Source: Octopus vulgaris
Lineage: Eukaryota
Direction: 5' to 3'
Length of the DNA stretch: 64,000 nt
NCBI GenBank assembly: GCA_951406725.2
Contig: OX597827.1
Coordinates: 56,730,001-56,794,000, forward strand
This document shows, in pieces, positions 11,433-24,443 of this stretch; position 1 is the first letter of the stretch; every line of letters starts with the position of its first letter. Both the position numbers and the translations under genes were made by a program. Below the pieces are notes generated by a model, which did no database searches, was not told the DNA's origin, and saw only the letters and a program-made list of their open reading frames with translations.

Positions 11433-11890
11433 TAATGTAAAGTATAGAAGCTGTCTTATCATGGCTAACCACATTGGGAAGGGGATGTTACTGTAGCTTT
11501 ATAGCCCCAAGAGATCTTCGTCGCTAGCTGGCTCTAGACACAATATCTGTGTCCTTGGAGTATTTGCAAAGGGAGGCCATCCCTTCCTCGCAAGCCTGAG
11601 TGATACGCTCGAACTAGTTTCGGGATTGTTGTCCCTCGTCAACGCGCGGTAACCACCAGGTAGCGATGAAAGTGAAGGCTCCTTTGCAAATAGATATAAG
11701 TTTTTCTAATGGCGTCTGCCACTGATGTCGAAAAACGAACAGTAAGCATAATTAAATCCCAGAATGAGATTGAAACAGTAATCGCTCGAGAATGTACCCC
11801 TCCCCAATGTGGTTAGCCATGATAAGACGGCTTCTATACTTTACATTATCGAGCGATTACTGTTTCAATCTCATTCTGAATTTAATTATA
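11433..11890 (-). mobile_element. Related hammerhead-bearing element with nested inverted repeats in (TA)n
   Basis: IR pairs about 11433-11484/11797-11848 and 11748-11789/11849-11889; flanked by (TA)n/(GA)n. Confidence 0.6.
11607..11647 (-). ncRNA. Minimal type I hammerhead motif, degenerate (second family)
   Basis: Minus strand gcgcg-TTGACGA-ggga caacaa tccc-GAAA-ctag-TT-cgagc; perfect 4-bp stem II, palindromic actagt, C3>U change. Confidence 0.55.
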
Positions 11891-11894
11891 TATT

Positions 11895-11950
<56 letters not shown>

Positions 11951-12540
11951 CTAATTGATTTGCTTGCAGAGTGAAGGCTACAATAATTGATACTTTCCAG
12001 TTAGAATGTATGTTTATGTGTGTCTATGTTTATGGTGTCCATCTTTTGGTAATGTATATCAGTGAAGGAGACAAACAGTGGCAAAGCACAGAAAAACTAG
12101 TGACCCACTTTTGCCACTCTTGTTGTGAGAAATGCAGTGAATCTGCTTGGAAACTTTAAACATGATGCAATTTTTCACAAATCAGGAAATTTCAAACAAG
12201 TAAAAAATTGAAATCTAGAAAAACCCAAAGAAAGAAAAAATCAAACAAACAAACACAAATTAATGATGGTGGTGACAAATTTCCAACCAGCATCATGAAT
12301 AATGTTTGCAGATGTAATCACTTGTATATTGATGGAATTAGCACTTTAAGAGCTGGATGGTTTTTGCTAATGGTTACTATTAAGTAGGTGTTGAACTTGT
12401 TGCCATCCAGACTAAAGCAAATTGTGTTATGAATCTTGTTTAAGAATATAACACAATTGCTGGCAGCAGCTGTAGTCTAAAATGTTAAGTGATGTGGAAT
12501 TAAGATTGTCATTAACGATGGTTTCATTTCTGTTTTGAAG

Positions 12541-12655
12541 GCTTTAAGAGGGAGGAAACGAACTCACCGTATGAAATCGCTCTTTCCTGAATCATATGCC
12601 AAAGATTTACTTAAATTTAAGAAGTTTGGCAAAGTTGAAACAAATGTTTATAGAG
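12541..12655 (+). CDS. DNAH6: Dynein heavy chain exon 3
   Basis: ttttgaAG / ALRGRKRTHRMKSLFPESYAKD...NVYR / GTaagt; 115 nt, phase 0-1, which supplies the phase needed by exon 4. Confidence 0.7.
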
Positions 12656-13047
12656 GTAAGTGACATCATGAAAAGGGTTCTACTTGCGTAGATTTGCAAT
12701 AGTGCTCTTTAAGAGAACATGTTTCAGTGGCTGGAAACATCTTGGACTAAGTAAAACATTAGAGAAAGAAACCTAGCTGTTTCTGGCAATAAATACATCT
12801 ACTCTTTACTCTTTTACTCTTTTACTCTTTTACTTGTTTCAGGCATTTGACTGCGGCCATGCTGGAGCACTGCCTTTATAGTCGAGCAAATTGACCTCAG
12901 AGCTTATTCTTTGTAAACCTAGTACTTATTCTATTGGTCTCTTTTGCCGAACCGCTAAGTTACGGGGACATAAACACACCAGCATCGGTTATCAAGCAAT
13001 GTTGGGGGGACAAACACAAACACACAAGCACATACACACACGCACAT

Positions 13048-13103
<56 letters not shown>

Positions 13104-14194
13104 CAGGCTTCTTCCAGTTTCTGTCTACCAAATCCACTCACAAGGCTTTGGTCAGCCCGAGGCTATAGTATAAGACACTTGACCAAGGTGCCATGCAGTG
13201 GGACTGAACCTGGGATCATGTGGTTGGTAAGCAAGCTACTTACCACACAGCCACTCCTGTGTCTAAAGTAAAATTTTTTCAATTACTTTTAAAATACTAC
13301 TGTGGACCCAATTTACTATTTTGCTTGTGTGGACTTCCCTCTGCCTGATCTTATATGGCTTCTCCCCCAGGAGTTCACATGGGCCCTAACTGAGAACCAC
13401 TGTTTCATAGCTAAAAAAATTATTTATATATTTAATCTTTTCACTCCCTGTGGAGCATAAGCTATGAATGACCTTTCTCCAGGGTTCTTGATGTGGGCTG
13501 TCTTTCTGTCTCTCCCAGATCTTGTTTGTTTGAATTATCATTGATGCTTCAGTGACTTGGTTGTTCTCTAGGTAGGGGCGCTGGCCTATACAAAACCATT
13601 TTCATCTCCAGGAAAAAGTGGTCCATGTCAGTCTGGCCTTTGTCCTTTGATCTATTCACCGTGGGAGTCTCTACCAGGAACTTTAACTCCATTGGCATAT
13701 CTCTCATAGTTGTTGAGGCATAAAAGCCACTACACCGCAACAAGAGTCCACTCAACTGCTGGCAGCAGCCATAGTCTAAAATGCTAAGTGATGTGGAATT
13801 AACATTGTCATTAATGATGGCTTCATTTCTCTTTTGAAGACTTCAAGAGGGATGGAAGGAATTCACCGTATGAATTCTCTAACCCCAACCCTTGTGGAGG
13901 ACAGAGTACATGGTGGAATGTTAATGCATAAGAATGTTATTTTTAATGGTTCAGCTGGAAGGAGGGGTTAGCACCTATGGTCTTTATACATCTACACCAG
14001 ACTGGCAAGACTGATACTGTTGATATTCAGTTGTAACATTTGTTATTTGATGTGAGCAGAGAGAGAATCCTTGAGAATTGATATTCTAGATAGAAAGGGT
14101 TGGCTATGATGCTCCCCCACTACTTCTGCTTGTGATCAGAGATGCACATATTGTCAGCTGGTAAAGGACATTCCCATATATATATGGGATAACA

Positions 14195-14616
14195 CATTCA
14201 CAGTATCCAAGTGTAATGATAACAGATGTGGAAAGTGTCAATACATGCATACAGGTAGATACATTAGAACAAAAAATGGACAGATTTTTGCAAATGCAGA
14301 TATGAACTGCAAAAACAAAAATTTGATCTACTGCATTAGATGCCCGAATTCTGAAGAATTATATATAGGTGAGACAAGGAATGCATTATCAGAATGCTCA
14401 CAAGTCCACAGACAACAAATCTGGAACACCAATGTTCACCAAATTCCATTGAGTGAATATATAGAGACATTTAGTCAGAAAATGTTTCTAATTTTTCCTT
14501 TCCACAAACTACATAACACAAGTGAAGTTGGAAGAAAGATAAAAGAAAAATGGTTTATTAAAATGTTCAAACCTGTTCTGAATGGAAATAACAGCAATAA
14601 TATAACAACCAGTTAA
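14195..14616 (+). mobile_element. Penelope-like element 3' fragment (GIY-YIG endonuclease)
   Basis: CNDNRCGKC...MNCKNKNLIYCIRCPNSEELYIGET...VHRQQI...EKWFIKMFKPVLN*. Confidence 0.8.
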
Positions 14617-14737
14617 TGATGTGGATTAATAAGTATAAACAAGTTACGGAATATCGATATACTTGGCAAACTGTGATGCTTAAGAGTATGTAGATTGATC
14701 AAAAAAAGTATTCTAGAAATTCAGCTGGTTGGAGCTG

Positions 14738-17467
14738 AAAGTTAGGAGTTGTGCGTGTTTGATGTTTTGTAATTTGTTTTCTTTGATGTTGGTGAGGTGT
14801 GTGAATTGTAGATATTTTTTTAAAAGCAACCCATATTTTGAAAAAATAACTACAACTCACACACCTCTCCAACAACAAAGAAAGCAAATCACAAAACATC
14901 AAACACGCACGACTCCTAACTTTGACAACAACAATAACAGAACTTACAGACAGCACTATAACCCTATCAAAAGAACCCAGGCACCGACAAACCCAAGACA
15001 AAACTTTACCAGACAATGTAGATCCCAGCCCACACACGAACTGTTCCAAAATCGGAAATTCCACCCATCACATAGGAATTCACCTCTAAACTATGATTGT
15101 AGGTCCCAACCCAAATCGTCCCAAACCTGGAGATCCCACCCACCATATAAGAATTCACCTCTAAACCACGATTGTAGGTTCAAACCCACTCTAAGGAACC
15201 AAAATTACACCCAGTACGAACAACCCAGACCCCGGAATAACCAAAATCTCTTTAGTAGGCAACACATCAATGGGGGAAAGACTCATACACACCAAAATAC
15301 CACAGACAGAAGAACCCCCTAGAAATCATTTTTAGGCCAGGGCAACAGAATCCACGACACCAGATGGTAGATACCAACCCTGAAAAACCAAAAATAGTAA
15401 ATCTCTCAAACCTAAACCTGTTGACCCAACAAATTAAAATCCTTTCAAAAGGACTAAAATTCACTCCAACTCCACAATACCCTAACCTGAGTGAAATACA
15501 GGATGATGCCTCATACTTTTGCAGAAAATTACGCCTCACAGAGGAATTTTTTGACAAAGAAATCAATAACGACGAATCAATGGTTTATAACAAGAGCAGT
15601 TATAATCCCACAAAAGGCAGAAACAAAACTTTGGACAAATTTTGTGACTACATTTCAAATTTTCCTTATAGTGAACTTCCACAGCCTAAACCAAACACCA
15701 GTAAAAGGGAATGGGAAATCATCTATAAGTTACGAAACAATCATGACATCACAATCAAGGAAGCAGATAAGGGTAGTACTGTCGTCATTATGTATACTGA
15801 ACAATACAAAAACTCTGTATTTCACCTTAAAGAGTAGTCAACTACCAACAATCCAAAACAATGACCAAATTAAACACACTCATTTGCCAACATCGAAATA
15901 ACTTAACAGCAAAGGAATGCGACTTTAATTGCAAAACCAGCATCCTCTATGGGCTTCCACAAATCCACAAGAGCAAAATTATTACCGAAGCTTGCAAAAT
16001 GTCCACTTCAACCTGCATCACTGTGCCACATCCCACTGATCTCAAACTGAGACCAATTGTGGCATGCCTAAACTGTGAAACACACAGATTAAGCAACTTT
16101 ATCAATATCCTCTTAAAACCAATACTGTACCAAGTATTGTAAGAGATGACTTAGACCTATTAAATCATCTCCTCAAACATACCAATAAAGACATTTTCAT
16201 CCCACATCAATATGGACTAGAAGCTATTAAATTCTGGCTTGAAAAATACCCCAATGAGGTCCCGGAAAAAATAAAAAAAGAATTCATCTTCGAGGGCCTT
16301 AAGTTTATCCTCTAAAACAACTTTTTTAATTTTAATAATAACAGCTACAGACAGTATCAGGGACTGCAATGGGTACTAAAGTTGCCCCTACTTATGCAAA
16401 CCTGGTGATGGCCTACCTAGAATTACAAATTTATGAAGAATCCAAATATAAATACAGCCTGTCTTTCCACAAATACCTGTTGGAGAATTGGAAACGTTAC
16501 TTGGATGATTGCCTCATCCTATGATCCCACACACTCAACCAACTCATTGATTGCAAAAACTTGTGACAACAGTGTCAACAATCATATTCAATTTACAATG
16601 GAATATAGTCAAGACCAATTCCCTTTTCTTGGCATTCTTATTATAAAAAAGGCACCAACTGATTCGAAACAATACCTTCTGTTCACCTCCAATCACCCAA
16701 AGCATACAAAGACAAACATCCCCTTCAACCTAGTGAGAAGAATCTGTACAATTGTCTCAAATTATAGAACACGAAATAAAAGACTCCAAGAACTAAAGGC
16801 AATTCTTCTCGAAAGCCATTACCCAGCATCATTAGTTGACAATGGAATAGAACAGGCCAAGACTTATAAAAACCGAAACACACTCATAGTACATTAAATA
16901 GTCTCACATATCTCTCAACACACAATCCAAGAAATACAGAAGCTTACACAATTATATACAAGAACATCCCACAGCTGAGTCAAGACCCACATCTAAAAAA
17001 AGTACTCGCAACCCATAAAATAATAAAAAGCAAAAGACAACCCAAATCCCTAAAAAACCTACTCACCAATGCAAAATTACCCAACACATGCCCACCACCC
17101 ACCCACCATCAAAAAACGTGGTTGTTCCAACTCCAAGACTTGCATCCACCTCATAAAAAATAACTTCACCTGCACATCAAAGAATTTACTTTATGCCATA
17201 AGGTGTGAAGAGTGCCACAAAGATTACATAGGGCAAATGAACTTTACCCTCAGAGAAAGGATGACAGTCCACCATCAACAATTGAGGGATCCCACCACAA
17301 GACAGATACCACTTAGCGGGCATTTAGATCTCTGTGCACACAACAAGTCCCCCAAATTCCTAGTTTTCCTTCTATACCAATGCCCAGACAACACCACTGA
17401 CCAAACACAAATAAATAGGGAAAATAATCTTATTCAAAAATACAGTCTACAACTCAACATACTCTAA
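14738..17467 (+). mobile_element. Near full-length decayed Penelope-like retroelement (RT + Cys-linker + GIY-YIG), frameshifted
   Basis: IVNLS...LSKGLKFTPTP, IKEADKG, YGLPQIHK, LRPIVA, GTAMGTKVAPTYANL, WKRYLDD, IQFTME, NFTCTSKNLLYAIRC..C...YIGQ; 5' fold-back hairpin 14738-14923. Confidence 0.9.
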
Positions 17468-17469
17468 CA

Positions 17470-18450
17470 TACCCCACCAGGTACACACCCAAAACAAACA
17501 CACAGAAACACATACATATATACAAAATCACGCATATACAAAAACAATGCAACTTCTAATGCAAACACACACACAAACATATACACACATGCACAAACAC
17601 AATATCTCCACACTAGAGCACAAACCCACACACATTCCAAGAAAAAACACATACATATATACACTTGCAATACGATTCTAGCACCCATTACCAACACTCA
17701 CATACACATACACACATATGTAAACATGTACATGCACACACCTACACACACCACCCCGACGATTACAAATCACATTCATACAAACACACTCACACATACA
17801 CAGATACACACATGAACATGCAAATACAACACAACCCACACAAACATACATGCATACATGCAAACATATGTACACACACACACACACAACACGCCCGTTC
17901 CCCAGTAAAAGATCACACACACACACTCAAAAGAAAAAACTCACACATATATACACAATCCAACCATCACAACAAACACACATACACACAAGCATACACA
18001 CACCTCCCCGACAAATACAAGACACATAGACACACTCACACAAACACACCCACACATATACACACACACACACTGCACTAACAATACAAACAAAACAAAT
18101 CTCTCACAAATACAGCACACACACACATACACACACCCACCTGGAAACTACATAAACCATAGCCACATATACACACACACACACACACACAAACGCATAC
18201 TCAGTATCAACATACACAAAATGCACATGCACACACATACACACCACCCAGATAAACCCAACACACACGGACACACAGAGAACCCCCTGATTAATACAAC
18301 ACACTCACACACATACATATGCACCCTCACACACACATACGGTTGCTCACACACACACACGACAAGAACAATTAAAACAACACAAACATACTCAGACAGA
18401 CACAACACACACACTCATGTACACACACACTCACGTACACTCACATAACA
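17470..18450. repeat. Degenerate (CA)-rich low-complexity tract directly after the Penelope-like ORF
   Basis: About 1 kb of interrupted CA/CATA repeats. Confidence 0.9.
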
Positions 18451-18690
18451 ATCTTTTTCTAAAAACGTGAAACCAGTCAAGTGAATAAACATCTTTAAAA
18501 TTGCACTTTCAAACCTTCTTTCATATATATTTCCACTCGTGCAGTATCTTACAACGTTACTTTGTTATATGTGTTTAAATGTATACTGTATATTATGACT
18601 AATACATAGTCTTTTGGACTACATTTTTACACGTTAGACCACTGGAAGTAAAAATTTTAATAAATTTCCATTTCCCTTTGATATGTTTAA

Positions 18691-18730
<40 letters not shown>

Positions 18731-18731
<1 letters not shown>

Positions 18732-20527
18732 CCCTTATCTGGTGGTCAATGAGGAAACTAGGGATAGATGAATGGTTAGTGAGAGCTGTACAAGCTATGT
18801 ACAGAGACGCTGCTAGTAAGGTGAGGGTTAGCATCGAGTACAGTGAAGAATTCAGGGTAGAGGTTGGGATCCACCAAGGTTCAGTCCTCAGTCCCCTCCT
18901 ATTTATCATAGTCCTCCAGGCAATAATGGAGGAATTCAAGACAGGATGCCCCTGGGAGCTCCTCTATGCTGATGACCTTGCTCTAATTGCTGAGTCTCTA
19001 TCAGAACTGGAGGAGAAGTTTCAGGTGTGGAAGCAAGGTTTAGAATCGAAGGGCCTTAGAATCAACCTAGCCAAAACCAAAGTCCTAATAAGTAGGAAGG
19101 TAGACCAATCACAAACGCCTTCAGGTAGATGGCCCTGCTCGATCTGTAGAAAAGGCGTAGGTAGAAACTCTATAAGATGCACCAAATGTAAGCTATGGAC
19201 ACATAAGAGATGTAGTAATGTCAAAGGAAGACTAACTAGGAAAATAGTTTTTATCTGTGGCAGATGCTCAGGAGCAATAAACTCTGAAAATATGCAGAGA
19301 CCAACTTCTACCACATTCCAGGGAGAAAAACTAGAAGTAGTTGATAGCTTCCGCTACCTAGGTGACCAAGTCAGTAGCGGGGGCGGGTGTGCTGAAAGTG
19401 TAACTGCTAGAATAAGAATAGCCTGGGCAAAGTTTAGAGAGCTCTTACCCGTGCTGGTGACAAAAGGCCTCTCGCTCAAAGTAAAAGGCAGACGGTATGA
19501 TGCATGTGTACGTACAGCCATGCTACATGGTAGTGAAACATGGGCTGTGACTGCTGAGGATTTGCGTAAGCTCACAAGAAATGAAGCTAGTATGCTCCGA
19601 TGGATGTGTAATGTCAGTGTTCATAATCGACAGAGTGTAAGTACCTTGAGAGAAAAGTTGGACCTAAGAAGCATCAGTTGTTCTGTGCAAGAGAGACGAT
19701 TGCGCTGGTATGGTCATGTGGCAAGAATGGATGAAGATAGGTGTGTGAAAAAGTGCCACACCCTGGCAGTTGAGGGGACCTGTGGAAGAGGTAGACCCAG
19801 GAAAACCTGGGACGAGGTGGTGAAGCACGACCTTTGAACTTTAGGTCTCACCAAGGAAATGACTAGAGACCGAGACCTATGGAAGTATGCTGTGCGTGAG
19901 AAGACCCGGCAAGACCAGTGAGAACAGTCAGAATCAAAATCAAAATGAAAATCAAACCAAATCAAATTAGATATCAGAAAGCAGAACCAAAATTGAGGCC
20001 AATCAACATCAGTTGAAGTTGCAGCTGTGGTTAAGCGAACCATCCGATCATGGCCGTTGCCGGCGCCGCCCCGTCTGGCTTCCGTGCCGGTGGCACGTAA
20101 AAGCACCATCCGTTCATGTCCGCTGCCAGCCTCGCCCGGCCCCCGTGCCGGTGGCATGTAAAAGCACCATCCGTTCGTGTCCGTTGCCAGCCTCGCCTGG
20201 CCCCTGTGCCAGTGGCACGTAAAAGCACCATCCGTTCATGTCCGCTGCCAGCCTCGCCTGGCCCCCGTGCCGGTGGCACATAAAAGCACCATCCGTTCAT
20301 GGCCGTTTGCCTGCTCCGTCTGGCACTTGTGCGGGTGACACGTAAAAAGCACCCACCACACTCACGGAGTGGTTGGCGTTAAGAAGGGCATCCAGCCGTA
20401 GAAACACTGCCAGATCTGACTGGGCCTGATGCAGCCTTCCGGCTTCACAGACCGCAGTTGAACCGTCCAACCCATGCTAGCATGGAAAACGGACGCTAAA
20501 TGATGATGATGATGATGATGATGATGA
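18731..20527 (+). mobile_element. 5'-truncated RTE-type LINE (RT C-half, 3'UTR, (GAT)n tail) inserted in (TA)n
   Basis: 362-aa ORF with GIHQGSVLSPLLF, LLYADD, FRYLG, HGSETW, RLRWYGHV, GRGRPRKTW; 61-bp 3'UTR tandem repeat; GAT tail. Confidence 0.92.
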
Positions 20528-20639
20528 TATATATATATATATATATATATGTAGATATATACATTTATATGTACACAGACATAACAGAAGTAAATAGTCA
20601 TCCTTATAATCATTAAAATTACTTTAAATCTGAAATTAT

Positions 20640-21225
20640 ACATTCAAATTATTAATGGTTATAATGTGAATATTCAATATTTAGTAGACATGCCCTTTGT
20701 CTTTTTCAATACAAGGACTCTATTAGCCATGTTACTGATCAGATGACGAATATTCTCTTGTGGAGTTTCTTGTCTGCAGTAATCTCAAAAGATCTGGCTT
20801 TGAAGATGCTTTCTTGTTCTTTTTATGAAGTATCCAGTCCATTATGTACCAGAAGTGTTCAATAGGGTTCATATCTGGTGACTGGCTTGGCCATGGAAGC
20901 TTTTTAATGCTATTCTCATCGAACAAATCTTGGGTCATTTTAGCCATGGGACAAGGAGCCCTGTCTTCCATAAATAGTCATCTTTTATCATTTCACCACT
21001 GGAGAAGATTTCTGCAATATGATCACAAATTTGTCTGAGTTTATGTTTTCCTTAAACTGTACCACCTTGCTCCCCAGACCATCACAGAATAGCTGACAGG
21101 TTTCATTGTTGGCTACAATCTTTTCACATCAAATTCATGATCACATAGTCTCCAGACTCACACTTGACCACCGTCAGGAAATACAGCAAATCTGGACTCA
21201 TCAGAGAATATGACAGTGTCCTAAA
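20640..21225 (-). mobile_element. Tc1-like transposase remnant
   Basis: FMEDRAPC...WPSQSPDMNPIEHFW catalytic-domain motif; upstream vifsdeSrf-like sequence. Confidence 0.8.
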
Positions 21226-21358
21226 ATGCTTGGTCAGCCTGAGGCTATAATAGAAGACACTTGCCCAAGGTGCCACGTAGTGGGACCAAACCTGGAACCA
21301 TATAGTTGGGAAGAAAGCTTCTTACCACACAACCACACCATGTATATATATAATCTAC

Positions 21359-21420
<62 letters not shown>

Positions 21421-21939
21421 GTCTGTCTGTCTGTCTGTCTATCTATATACATGCATGTGTGTGTGTGTGTGTGTTCAATGAGCTGTGCAGTGGGACTGAA
21501 CCTAAAACCATGCAAGCTTCTCAGCCACACCTGGCTAAAGATTCCAAACAGAATTCATATTTGATCATTTACCTCCTCATCATGGTTTGTGCTGATACGG
21601 AGTTGCTGACTAGGAAACCACACCGTCATCACCTATAGCAAAATCACTTCTAGCAACAGCAGCAGCAGCTGTTCAAGAATTTGCCAACAACTACAAACTG
21701 CTTAGATTTATAGGGAAGATGAAGTGAGACATTGCGATCATTTATCAAAGTATTTGTGGAATATGAGAGAATCTTTTCCATCTGAAATTTGAAGCAGAGT
21801 TGCCTATTCCTACGCAAAAATATTTAGATTTGCATTTCAAGTTGTCAGCTGGAAATGTGTGAGAGAATTAATTAGGTCTTGAAATGGAAATGTTTTTAAA
21901 TGAAATTACTTAAGAGTATGATAAAGTGAGTTTATGTTT

Positions 21940-22330
21940 CTGTGTATGTGCTTGTGTGTGTAAGAAAGTGAGAGTGGGTGTTGGAGAGAAAGTGTGTGGG
22001 AGTAGGAGTGAGAGAGTAGGAGTGAGAGAGTGTGTGAGAGTGTATGAGAGAGAGTGTCAGAGAGTGTATGAGAGAGAGAGAGTCTGAGAGTGAGAGAGAA
22101 TGAGAGAGAGTGTGAGAGAGAGGGAGTGTATGTGAGAGAGAGTGAGAGTGAATGAGAGAGAGAGTGTGTGTGAGAGAGAGTGAAAGCGAATGAGAGAGAG
22201 AGATAGAGTGTGTGTGAGTATGTATGAGAGAGAAAAGGTGTGAGAGAGTATATATGTGTGTGAGAGAGAGAGAGAGTGAGTGTGTTGTGTGTGTGTGTGT
22301 GTATGTGTGTGAGAGAGAGAGAGAGAGAAA
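21940..22330. repeat. Degenerate (GA)n/(GT)n tract
   Basis: Directly visible. Confidence 0.9.
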
Positions 22331-23791
22331 TTAAGTGCATGAACTGAGAGGTATTTTTTAATTATTGGGCAAAAAGAGGGAAATATAATCTACTGAATAG
22401 AGATGAGTATTTGTCTGAGTTTAAATAAAGCTAAAACTATTCATGTCTTTGCATTTCCTAAGTAATTTTCTGATGGTTGTCCAATTAATAAAAGTAAATG
22501 AAAACCAAGACAACAACAACAACAACAACAACAATTCATGTAGTTGTAGGCCTCCATTGGTTGAAGTTGACTTTTGACAATGTGATCTCTTTCTCTGTCA
22601 GTAAAACAATATTGCATTTGAACTTGGGAGGTCAATGTGTAGATGACAGCCTACACTGCATCAGCTGCAGATGTGGATGGTACTGGTTTGTCTGAAGAGT
22701 AGTGCACTTTCCATTAGACATTTCTTTTACCAGGTTGTGGTTCTGCTCTTCTCTCTTCCTGAAATGGTAGTGGGAAGAATCTTGCCATGTGTTGTGACCA
22801 TCAGTGATCTTCGCCCAAAGTTTTGTACCACTGTTCCTGTTCACTGTTCTTTTGTCTACTTAATCCTTTTTTGCATATTGAGCACATATCTCTGTTTCCC
22901 TGACTGTTGCAGGGCCTTATCTTCTTCCTTACTAAAATATATCTTTGCTAAGTTTTCACTGAAGCATTTCAATTCTAGCAGGTAACAATAATACTGCCAT
23001 ACCAGTCATTGGGTATGACATCTTGCTATACAAGTGATTAGCACGGGATTTTGAAGTGGGTTATTTTTAGAGACAGGGAGACAGACATATAGGGTAAACT
23101 GTCCCCTGAAAGTTGTGGCCTTATGCCTGTAGATGTCATAAATCAGTGTACTACTTATTTTAACACCTCCATCTGTTACAACCTCTTTCTTTTGTCTAAT
23201 AGCAATACCTTTCATTTTCAGGGGTCATCAGGAGAGAGTGTGAGGGACCTTTTCTCTTGACTCCTCTGGAAACCTACTGACATCCTGTATGCAGGATTTT
23301 CTATTGACTACTTTCACCAGCAAGATGTTTCTAACCTCCTATTAGGAGCTCTTTCTTTTGTCTTATATTAGCATCTTAAGATTTAATTTATTTCAGGTGG
23401 TGAGCTGGCAGAACTGTTAGCACTCCAGATAAAATGCTTTAACAGCATTTCATTCACTTTAATGTTCAAAGCTCAAATTCTGCTGAGGTCAACTTCACCA
23501 TTCATCATTTTGAGGTCGATAAAATAATTGCCAGTTAAGCACTGGAATTGATGTATTCAACTTACCCACACCCCTGAAATTGCTGGCCTTGTGCTAAAAT
23601 TTGAAACCAATTTATTTCTGTTTTTGATTAATTACTTTTTTGCTAGTCAACAATGGTGCCATCATCTTTTTTTCTCTGTTCTCTTTTACTAGACACTTTT
23701 CAAAATTTGATGACTGTTACTGTTGTATAAAATTTTATGTGTTCATGAAAATGACATTATTTTATTTCATATTATATTTTGTTTGATCTAG

Positions 23792-23915
23792 GTATGAGAG
23801 ATATGAATGAAGTAATCAAGTGTCTTTGTGCTAATAAGGATAAAAGTATTGGTTTCTTTTATTTGGCACACTGTGTTCCAAAGACATCCCCATATTACCA
23901 TTATTACAATCTCAA
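23792..23915 (+). CDS. DNAH6: Dynein heavy chain exon 4
   Basis: GMRDMNEVIKCL...IGFFYLAHCVPKTSPYYHYYNLK; ctAG/GTaagc; phase 1-2. Confidence 0.88.
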
Positions 23916-24443
23916 GTAAGCTGCAACATTTCTAAAATTGTTGAAATTAATTGAAAGGAATGGTTTCTTTTGCTTTTTTCCTAAAATATATTGTTATGTA
24001 TATTTTCTTAAAAGAAGTCTGGTGGGGGTCTTTAGATTGTCCCTGCTATAATCTAGTAACTTCATCCTTTCGGGGTCAATAAAACAAATACCAGTTGAAA
24101 ACTGGGGTCAATGTAATCAACTTGTCCACTTCCCCAGAATGGCTGCCCTTGTGGCAAAATTTGAAACCATATGATGATGTGAAATAAGATACCTTATGTG
24201 AAAAAAAGTAAGGCTTTTGTGTCAGGAAAGTCATCCATCTGTAGAAAACTGCCCAAAGAAATCTTAGCCGACCCATAACTCCATTAAAAAGTGGATATAA
24301 AAAAAAAAATAGATGATGTTAATGATGAGGACAATAATAATGATGATAATGATGATAATGATATGACCCATAACTCATTAAAAAGTGGATATAAAAAAAC
24401 AATTAGATGATGTTAATGAAGAGGACAATAATAATAATAATGT

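Noticed and set aside
20070-20350. CRISPR-like regularly spaced repeats
   Set aside because: Whole 61-bp units repeat with no unique spacers; eukaryotic LINE 3'UTR and no cas genes.
22550-23320. Possible old LINE C-terminal fragment on the minus strand
   Set aside because: Too degenerate to assign motifs confidently.
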